A DNA stretch of 64,000 nucleotides, taken from the IMG/VR virus record IMGVR_UViG_3300045988_159115; one strand, 5' to 3'. This stretch comes from a virus. The position numbers were made by a program, and so were the translations under genes. The notes under the pieces are model-generated. The model was not told where the DNA came from, ran no database searches, and saw only the letters and a program-made list of their open reading frames with translations. Positions 32,269 through 39,696 of the stretch are shown piece by piece; positions within the stretch are counted from its first letter, which is position 1, and each line of letters opens with the position of its first letter.

Positions 32269-32345
32269 AATTTTAATCATCCTTTCTCGTTTTTTACACG
32301 TGTTAGTCCACATCCTACTGAGCAACGTTAGTAGTGAACTGACTA

Positions 32346-32385
32346 AAGCTCACCAAGTGCGAGGTTGTAAACACTTGGTGAGCTT
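32346..32385 (-). terminator. stem-loop/terminator after 32391..34097
   Basis: 14-bp stem aagctcaccaagtg / cacttggtgagctt. Weak U-run. Confidence 0.55.
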
Positions 32386-32390
32386 ATCAT

Positions 32391-34097
32391 TTAAATTCTG
32401 CTAAGGAAGAACAGAAGTTCATCCGAGATCGTATCCTCATCGTAAGAGATAGGAGTGCCAAGGAGTTCTTCCTCTTCCCACACAACGTAGGTAAACGAAG
32501 TGTTGATAAACTTAGACAGAATCTCCATGATGTAATCGGGTTTAATCGAGATCAACTGAGAGTATTTTCCCTCGCACATCTTCTGGTACAACGCAGTATT
32601 CCGAACTTTCTCCACGAACTTATTCTTGCGAATCTGTCGGGTATTCACAGTGCCGGAAACATTGCCAGAAAGAATATAGGGAAGTGCGCAAGTCTCAATA
32701 GATCCAGATCCATCGTAACCTGCCGTGTCGAACAACCGCTTCTTCAGAATCAGCATGAGAATGATATACTGGCGACGATTGATAAGCTCCATGTTCATGT
32801 AACCACCGAAGTACTTTGCCCAGTAAGCACATACAAGCTGAACCTGCAACTGATGCATATTGTGGTTCTTGATGTAATACTGGATTTCGTTCTCGGAGAT
32901 TTCGAAATCATTGTCTCTCATGATACGCGCCATAGTCGTCTTGATGTTCATCTCTGCCAAGAAGACGCGGCCCTCGTCGATTTTGCTAAGATTCATTTCC
33001 ATCTTATCATTACCGGAAAGGCCATCCGTATTCTTTGCAGAGGTGACTTCGGTCAGATTCTTCGCATACTGCTCTTTCAGGAAATAGACCAGCTGATACT
33101 TGATGATCGTCTTGTTGAAGCCAATGATGTTCTCCCGATATTTCTTGGTCTTCGGGTTATAGTGCTCATTGAACTGGTACTTGACGATGTTCTCGCTGAT
33201 CAGAACCTTACGCAGGAAGGAGTTCATCACGGTATACTCATCATAGCCAAGGATATCTCTTTGATCAAAAATTACGGAGTTATGAGATTTATTCTCAAGC
33301 ACCTTCGCCTTGACATAGACAAAGAGCTTGTTGTAAATATTCATGTCTCCTTCATTAAAGATGTCGAAGAGCTTGGCATAGAAATTGTAGATCGTGTCGG
33401 AGTCTCTTTCCGGCTTCATCCGGTTGACAGAGAAAAAGTGGAACATCACAGGGGCAATCAACTTCATACCAAAACTGATACGAAGAAGAACCTTCACGTG
33501 GATGTTTCGGAATTCAAGACTCTCCAGATGCTTCTTTGCATCCTTCAAGTACTTCGAATTATCCGTCGCTTCGATGTCGTCCAGATAGTTGTCCTCCACA
33601 AGCTGCTTAATCTTTTCAATGACCGTCGGAGTAAAGAGGATCTCGTAGATCAGACTAATCAGCTGAGGCATGTTGTCTTGTGTAAAGCGCTTGATTTCTT
33701 TACCATTCTCGTTCTCACCACAGGTTTCTTTATCAATTGCGTACTTCAACTTCAGTAAGGCTAATGGAACCTCATGCTCAGTATCGTACTTTTCAATGAA
33801 GTAATTAAGGTAAGTAGCGATGGTGGGAAGCTGGCTTCCGTAGGAGACTTTATCGACAAAGAATCTGTCATAGACAGACATCTTCTCTTCTGGCTTATAG
33901 AGCTTCTCGAAGTGGAAGATGAAAATTTTTCCATCTGCTTCCGCATACAGATTCGATTTGTCGCGCTTGGGTTTCCATTGGGTAATCTCCGCTTTGGGAG
34001 CCGTAGCTTCCGTCCACTCAGACTTCGGTCTTGTCGCACCACGAGACCGAGTAGGAGTGGAAACTGCTTGGGTAGTTTTGCTGTTGTCGGTTTCCAT
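32391..34097 (-). CDS. hypothetical protein with a basic disordered N-terminus
   Basis: The ATG at 34097 (METDNSK) follows GAGAGGAG; the listed start is a TTG inside the SD. 568 aa, no domain recognised. Confidence 0.8.
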   Translation of the reverse strand: METDNSKTTQAVSTPTRSRGATRPKSEWTEATAPKAEITQWKPKRDKSNLYAEADGKIFIFHFEKLYKPEEKMSVYDRFFVDKVSYGSQLPTIATYLNYFIEKYDTEHEVPLALLKLKYAIDKETCGENENGKEIKRFTQDNMPQLISLIYEILFTPTVIEKIKQLVEDNYLDDIEATDNSKYLKDAKKHLESLEFRNIHVKVLLRISFGMKLIAPVMFHFFSVNRMKPERDSDTIYNFYAKLFDIFNEGDMNIYNKLFVYVKAKVLENKSHNSVIFDQRDILGYDEYTVMNSFLRKVLISENIVKYQFNEHYNPKTKKYRENIIGFNKTIIKYQLVYFLKEQYAKNLTEVTSAKNTDGLSGNDKMEMNLSKIDEGRVFLAEMNIKTTMARIMRDNDFEISENEIQYYIKNHNMHQLQVQLVCAYWAKYFGGYMNMELINRRQYIILMLILKKRLFDTAGYDGSGSIETCALPYILSGNVSGTVNTRQIRKNKFVEKVRNTALYQKMCEGKYSQLISIKPDYIMEILSKFINTSFTYVVWEEEELLGTPISYDEDTISDELLFFLSRI

Positions 34098-34180
34098 CAG
34101 ATAACTAACTCCTCTCAAAAATCAGTTATACTAACGTGCTCAGAGATATAACATATCATTCAAAAGCACGATGTATATTT

Positions 34181-35050
34181 TTACTTTTTCTTTGCAGTGG
34201 ATTTCGTTGCATGCTTCTTCGGGTTAGGCTTGACTCTAACCGTACGAGAAACTTCAGAAGTGGAATTTTTTGCTCGAATGATTTTCGGCTCATCTGATTC
34301 AGATGTTGTCATTCGAGCAACTTTCTTCTCAAGAGAGTCTTTCTTCTGAAGCTGTTTCTGATAAAGAGCGTTTCTAGACTCAAGTTTATGACGCTCTGTG
34401 ATACTAAGCTTTCGATCTTTTCGCATCTCCTGCTTGATAGATCCTTCAAGATTCGTAACCTGACGAGAAATCTCAGAATCTTCAAAACTGGAAATAGCAG
34501 ATACGAACTGATCAAACTTTGGACGCTTCCAATGGATCAAACCAAGCTTGGTCATATAATCAAGTTTGTGGTCCTGAAGATATCGACAAGCATAGTAGAT
34601 ACTAGAATCATAATAAAGATCATAATTCTTATTTGCTTTATCCGGAAGTGTATCCAAAACACCAGAAGTAAATTTATACTGCAAGGTTTCGATTAAGTAT
34701 CCCTGCAACTTATAAAGTGCAGCATACTTATAAACGAAGCCTGGACTATTTGAGAAAAACTGAACCCAATACTCATTCAGTGACGTAGCTTTTGCCTTAT
34801 GATCATCCGGAGGAGTAAACTGGATAACTACGTCATATGAAAAATTTCCCTTATTGCTTTCAGAAGGGACTTTCACAAGAATGAAGTAATCTTTTTCAAC
34901 TTCGCATACAGCTGCGATTTTGATTCGATTCATCTTCTTGTATGCTTGATAACGGTCTTCATATCGAAGTTGCCGCTGATTATTTTGCTGATAAAACGGA
35001 GCAACCAAGAACTGCTCCAGGGTTTGTGTTGATACAGTTAACGATTCCAT
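34181..35050 (-). CDS. hypothetical protein with a basic disordered C-terminus
   Basis: 289 aa, SD GAAAGGTG. C-terminal ~90 aa are K/R/S-rich (..RVKPNPKKHATKSTAKKK). Confidence 0.8.
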   Translation of the reverse strand: MESLTVSTQTLEQFLVAPFYQQNNQRQLRYEDRYQAYKKMNRIKIAAVCEVEKDYFILVKVPSESNKGNFSYDVVIQFTPPDDHKAKATSLNEYWVQFFSNSPGFVYKYAALYKLQGYLIETLQYKFTSGVLDTLPDKANKNYDLYYDSSIYYACRYLQDHKLDYMTKLGLIHWKRPKFDQFVSAISSFEDSEISRQVTNLEGSIKQEMRKDRKLSITERHKLESRNALYQKQLQKKDSLEKKVARMTTSESDEPKIIRAKNSTSEVSRTVRVKPNPKKHATKSTAKKK

Positions 35051-35097
35051 ATTATCATCACCTTTCTAATAAAAATATAGACGAGATAACAATAAAT

Positions 35098-35118
35098 AGT
35101 TTAATCGGTTGTCATTGG
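35098..35118 (-). promoter_or_regulatory. candidate promoter, class II (ATGACA-N6-TAA)
   Basis: Minus-sense CCAATGACAACCGATTAAACT, between terminator 35133-35173 and the ATG at 35050. Confidence 0.3.
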
Positions 35119-35132
35119 ATCCATGAAAAAAT

Positions 35133-35173
35133 AAAGAGTGAGTATTCATACTGTTCATGAATACTCACTCTTT
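35133..35173 (-). terminator. intrinsic terminator after the chaperonin gene
   Basis: 17-bp stem aaagagtgagtattcat / atgaatactcactcttt. Minus strand continues ATTTTTTC. Confidence 0.85.
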
Positions 35174-35182
35174 AAAAAGTTC

Positions 35183-37246
35183 TTAGCAGAGAACCATCTG
35201 GTTACCAGTAATCAGCAGAGACAGCAGATCAACGGTAGCATTCAGAACCTCGCGATCGGTTTCTGTAGAATTGATAACGTCACTGGTGAAATGACCAGTG
35301 GTAACATCAAGGACAACGCCATTCTGCCGAGAATAACGGTCCACAAATGCAACGACTGAATAGTGGACATCACCAGTTAATGAAGCATCATCGACGAGAG
35401 TAGAGAAAACCTTATTTGCCTTATCACGATCGGCATAAATCTTACGATGTGTTTTCTCATCGCAATAGATGACACAGTTTTCATCTGTGCCTCTCCAGAA
35501 CTCCGATACGTTAATAGTAGCATCGGAAGGATAGATGCTGTTAACGATCGTATCATAGGCAGTGAGATATCCAGATGCCAGGATGTTCAGGATATCATAG
35601 TAGAGTTCCTCATCATCACTGCAATTCTTCGTCAGCGGACGCTCCTTCATCAGAGTATCAATGGCATCGAGCAAGCTGACATTACAGCCAAGGACAACAC
35701 CATTATTGAATGCTGATGCGGCTGCCTTCACAGCGTCGTCCACAGAATCCTTCAGATAGCCCTGAGACATCTGAGAAGCTGCACCAACCTCGATCACACC
35801 AGTCTTAAGACCAAGTGCATTCAAACGCTGCTGCTTTTCCACGATAGACAGACTGAAAGAGCCAATCATCTCAAGCTTATGCTGTGCTTCAGCAAGCTCA
35901 GACTTAGCCACTCTCACAGTCGTCTCATACACATTCGGATCATAGTAAAATCCTGCAAAAATAGACTCCTTCATACCGAGGGTAGCCTTTTCGCAGTATC
36001 CAACACGAATCAGATTCGTAGCATCGTTCATGAAAATGGTATTCTTATCAATCGTCTCGTCATATGCAGCAAGACGGAGTGCAATACCATTCGGATCTGC
36101 CGGAGTTGGATTCGGGACCATCACGGCGATATTAGATCCGGGGATATTTCGATTATCCAGATCAAACTGCTTATAGATATCCGGATCCTTTTCCAGTGCT
36201 TCCAAAATCTGATCCTTCACCACACGGGTAATAACCGGAGTATTCAGAAGCATAGCCAGATCGTTCAGCAGGGTACGTGCATGTGCATTTGTCTTATTGC
36301 AGACAAGCAGAACCAGAGAGATAGAGCCATGCTGCTTCAGATCCTCAAGCAGGTCACGACGAATCGGACCGCCAAGTGCAACATCATCGTACCAAGGAGC
36401 AATACATGCAAGCTTACGACCACGCTGCTTGGATGCCTCACACAGAGGCTTCAAAATCTTATCATAGATATTCTGATCGACCTTATTGTCGAACACGATG
36501 TAATCCATGGGGCCTGCACTCATGGTATTATCATCATTATTGATATAAGACTGATCAGTCAGGGAAGTATCAATCTTATAGCCATTAATGGTGTATGCAT
36601 GAGTAGAGCCATCCTTGGAATTTGCAACGGAGATTGCAGGGAACTGAAGCTCCCTGTAAAGATCGGAAATCATATTGGTAATCTCTTCATTACCATTGGA
36701 AGAGACGTAGACGACCTTCTTGATATTCTCAGCCAGAACATCGGGATCATCAGACTGAATTGAAATTGCTCGCTTATTCAGCTCTTCGATCACATCATCC
36801 TTTACCCGATTCATCATCTTCATGATTTCACGGGGAAGAGCTCGATTGAGAGAGCAGTCACTCAGCTTCTTACGCATCCGATAAGACTCGTAAACACCAC
36901 GAGTTGCAACAACCGCAGTCGTAGTACCATCACCAACGGTAAAGTTCAGACGATCACAGATGGTAGACATCATATTCTTGATAGTGTGATCAATCTTCGT
37001 GTTGAACTCCAGGTACTTCATGATGGAATAACCATCTTTTGTATTGAAGAAGGTAGACTGGGTAGAAGAAGGAACGACGATGAACGTACCAGCACCAGCA
37101 GGGCCAAAAGACATGACCAGCTTTTCCCAGATGGTATTAAACACCTGGCCGACACGCTTATCGAATTCATCTTTGGAATAGACGTTGATCAGAGGCTCAC
37201 GATCGAGATCACTCCGACCAAAATCCATATCATCGGTAGTTTTCAT
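35183..37246 (-). CDS. GroEL/thermosome-like chaperonin (long, divergent)
   Basis: SFGPAGAGT (compare GroEL LGPKGRN), VGDGTTTAVV (ATP-site GDGTT motif), AFNNGVVLGCNVSLLDA (compare AVEEGIVPGGGVALI), C-terminal VINSTETDREVLNATVDLLSLLITGNQMV (compare [29 protein letters not shown]). 687 aa. Confidence 0.7.
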   Translation of the reverse strand: MKTTDDMDFGRSDLDREPLINVYSKDEFDKRVGQVFNTIWEKLVMSFGPAGAGTFIVVPSSTQSTFFNTKDGYSIMKYLEFNTKIDHTIKNMMSTICDRLNFTVGDGTTTAVVATRGVYESYRMRKKLSDCSLNRALPREIMKMMNRVKDDVIEELNKRAISIQSDDPDVLAENIKKVVYVSSNGNEEITNMISDLYRELQFPAISVANSKDGSTHAYTINGYKIDTSLTDQSYINNDDNTMSAGPMDYIVFDNKVDQNIYDKILKPLCEASKQRGRKLACIAPWYDDVALGGPIRRDLLEDLKQHGSISLVLLVCNKTNAHARTLLNDLAMLLNTPVITRVVKDQILEALEKDPDIYKQFDLDNRNIPGSNIAVMVPNPTPADPNGIALRLAAYDETIDKNTIFMNDATNLIRVGYCEKATLGMKESIFAGFYYDPNVYETTVRVAKSELAEAQHKLEMIGSFSLSIVEKQQRLNALGLKTGVIEVGAASQMSQGYLKDSVDDAVKAAASAFNNGVVLGCNVSLLDAIDTLMKERPLTKNCSDDEELYYDILNILASGYLTAYDTIVNSIYPSDATINVSEFWRGTDENCVIYCDEKTHRKIYADRDKANKVFSTLVDDASLTGDVHYSVVAFVDRYSRQNGVVLDVTTGHFTSDVINSTETDREVLNATVDLLSLLITGNQMVLC

Positions 37247-37265
37247 ATTACTTACCTCCTGTTTT

Positions 37266-37288
37266 ATAAGTTAATTTTGTGTCATCAC
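37266..37288 (-). promoter_or_regulatory. candidate promoter, class II (ATGACA-N6-TAA)
   Basis: Minus-sense GTGATGACACAAAATTAACTTAT, ~25 nt upstream of the ATG at 37246. Confidence 0.3.
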
Positions 37289-37297
37289 GTTGATTAA

Positions 37298-38044
37298 TTA
37301 CTCTACTGGATCTCTGTATGTGTTTCGGTTAATGGTATCAATAGACCCATTATCATGTTCGTCTGTACTACATGCTCTAGCATAGGCAAGCTTAAATGCA
37401 TACTTTTTCCATAGCTCAGTAAAATCAATCTTGTAGTCTTTCATATTCTTTTTATTATACCGATACTCAATCGGAAGAACGATAGAAGACAGATGAAGGA
37501 CTTTATTTTCTTCCATCCTATGAATGAGATCAATATTGGATAAGAAGTATGTAGAATTTGCTCCAGCCTTTTTACATACTTCATCGAAATCATCCATGAA
37601 AGTGAATTCAATCCCAAGTTCCCGTTTCAAATCTTCTTTCGGCCATGGAGTTTTGAAAGGACAGTAAACGAGAACATCTTTCACCGGATGCTTCTTACTC
37701 TTCAAAAATCTCAGCATATACTGAGTGCAAAGCACGTTACAGTTTGAATAGAATTTTTCCGAGATAAGCATTTGATCCATAATCAATCCATCTAAGAATT
37801 CTTCTGATACTCTTTCTGGATCTCGATTTAGATCAATAAGAAAATTCTGATGCTTCCGATTCACATACCACTCATACAGGGAAGCAAGATCGAACGATTC
37901 AATTTCTTCTAGACGAAGAATTGGACGAAGTTTTTCATTCTTCTGGATATACTGAAGAAGAACGAAATAAGGTGATTTAATAAAATCAAGATATTCAATC
38001 ACCAAATAATCTGCATTGTAGAAAATCGTCTCTGATTGTGCCAT
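37298..38044 (-). CDS. hypothetical protein
   Basis: 248 aa, SD GAAAGGAATG. AT-rich codon usage. No motif recognised. Confidence 0.75.
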   Translation of the reverse strand: MAQSETIFYNADYLVIEYLDFIKSPYFVLLQYIQKNEKLRPILRLEEIESFDLASLYEWYVNRKHQNFLIDLNRDPERVSEEFLDGLIMDQMLISEKFYSNCNVLCTQYMLRFLKSKKHPVKDVLVYCPFKTPWPKEDLKRELGIEFTFMDDFDEVCKKAGANSTYFLSNIDLIHRMEENKVLHLSSIVLPIEYRYNKKNMKDYKIDFTELWKKYAFKLAYARACSTDEHDNGSIDTINRNTYRDPVE

Positions 38045-38071
38045 AAACTCATTCCTTTCTATGAAATAAAA

Positions 38072-38114
38072 TAGGCCACCACAGCACTACTTATATAGAG
38101 TGTGTGGTGGCCTA
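38072..38114 (-). terminator. intrinsic terminator after the SSB-like gene
   Basis: Stem taggccaccaca / tgtggtggccta. Minus strand continues TTTTATTTC. Confidence 0.8.
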
Positions 38115-38132
38115 ATTAGTTATCGTAATGAA

Positions 38133-38831
38133 TTAGAAAGGCAGATCCTCTGCACTGAATGCAGAATTAGCAGAAGGGGAAGTGGAAGGGACATCGGAAG
38201 ACTGAGCATTATTACCAGTCTGGAGACCATTGCCCCAGCTGTTAAAGAATGCATTGGACTGAGTAGAGACACCAAAGATGTCGTTGATATTCTTCAGAGC
38301 ATTGTAGAAGAACATGAACTCAGCCTCAGTAGACTTCACGGTACCATTGCCGGTATTGGGATCGTAATCCAGGACAACCTTGGTCTTATTGAACTTGTAG
38401 ATGTACCGGTTCGAAGGATCACAAGTGTTATCCTGATTTGCGCTGACATAGCCGATGAAATAGAGAGTAGGAACACCCTTGTCATCCTTTGCATACTGGA
38501 TGACAATGATAGCATTCTTATTGCCCATCTTCATAGCAACGTTGACAGGCTTCTCCAGATCCTCGCCAGCTTCCACCTTCTTGATAACGGGAACGATATG
38601 CTCATCAATAAGCTGAGTCAGACCCAGAGCCTTCTGTGCAGTAATTGCAGTAGAGAAGCTACGGTTCCGATCATACTGACGGATACCATCCTCGTTGGTA
38701 CCACTGCAAGGATTCAGACGAATGGAAATCATATCATTCCAATAGGTCATGCCCATCGAAGCAGTGTCGCCATAAAAGGTTTTGATGTTAGTAGAAACGT
38801 TTTTGCGATTAGTGTTAGAATTGTAAGGCAT
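38133..38831 (-). CDS. single-stranded-DNA-binding-like protein with an SSB-type C-terminal tip
   Basis: 232 aa, SD AAAGGAG. Has a G/N/S/Q-rich flexible tail ending in EDLPF, the same tip as bacterial SSBs (DDDIPF / DDDLPF). The N-terminal body is not a textbook SSB OB sequence. Confidence 0.55.
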   Translation of the reverse strand: MPYNSNTNRKNVSTNIKTFYGDTASMGMTYWNDMISIRLNPCSGTNEDGIRQYDRNRSFSTAITAQKALGLTQLIDEHIVPVIKKVEAGEDLEKPVNVAMKMGNKNAIIVIQYAKDDKGVPTLYFIGYVSANQDNTCDPSNRYIYKFNKTKVVLDYDPNTGNGTVKSTEAEFMFFYNALKNINDIFGVSTQSNAFFNSWGNGLQTGNNAQSSDVPSTSPSANSAFSAEDLPF

Positions 38832-38892
38832 AATAAAATTCTCCTTTGTGTTTCAAAATTACGTATGTGTAAGTCGGACGATATGAAATCAT

Positions 38893-39651
38893 TTAGTCCT
38901 TTTTCTTAGAGTACTTCTTCAGAATCTTTCTTCTGACCTTAGCTTCAACCTCATAAAGGAAGGCTGAATAATCCGTAAGGTCAAAATAACAAGGTACAAA
39001 ATTACCTGTAAGAACCAACTTATCAAACTTCTCTTTCACAAACTCAGTCTCAAGGCAGGGAGACTCTCTGTCATCACACAGATCAAAGAATGTGTCAATG
39101 TCCATATCGAAGTCCATCGTGTCATGGATAACATCTCCCATGTGACCAAGGACATAAAGATCAGCAGGATCATCCACATATTTCTTCATAGAATTTGTGG
39201 TGACATCCTCATCCGGATCATCTGCCTGTGCATAAGAATCATGATGATCTTCGATGAAATTCATCACAGCAGAAGTGATATTTTTCTTGCAGTTTGTCAA
39301 GAAGAATCGGTATACGTAATGGATGATATCGTCTTGGTCAGACTCACTCATATCCCAGAAATCTACGATTCCGATACCGAGCTTCTTCTCAAACATTTTG
39401 AGCATGAAAGTATAGAATCCATCCCGAAGCTTTATAAGATTATCCATCTCTTCATCTTCATACACATTCACATTCTCTTTCGAGAATTTGTACTTATTGA
39501 TGAAGGTATCGACATAATCCTTCTTTGTATAGTCAATAGGATTCTTAAACTGCTTCTTGATACTCTCTTGAATCAGATTGATTGGAGCTTCTGAGAGAAA
39601 CTCCTCAGAACTAATATCATTGGGAGTATATACATAACCAGTTTCAAACAT
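38893..39651 (-). CDS. hypothetical acidic protein
   Basis: 252 aa, SD GAAAGGAAG. D/E-rich. Confidence 0.75.
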   Translation of the reverse strand: MFETGYVYTPNDISSEEFLSEAPINLIQESIKKQFKNPIDYTKKDYVDTFINKYKFSKENVNVYEDEEMDNLIKLRDGFYTFMLKMFEKKLGIGIVDFWDMSESDQDDIIHYVYRFFLTNCKKNITSAVMNFIEDHHDSYAQADDPDEDVTTNSMKKYVDDPADLYVLGHMGDVIHDTMDFDMDIDTFFDLCDDRESPCLETEFVKEKFDKLVLTGNFVPCYFDLTDYSAFLYEVEAKVRRKILKKYSKKKD

Positions 39652-39696
39652 GGGAATCTTCCTTTCTATTTTATTTTTAATAGCTAATAGTTAGAA

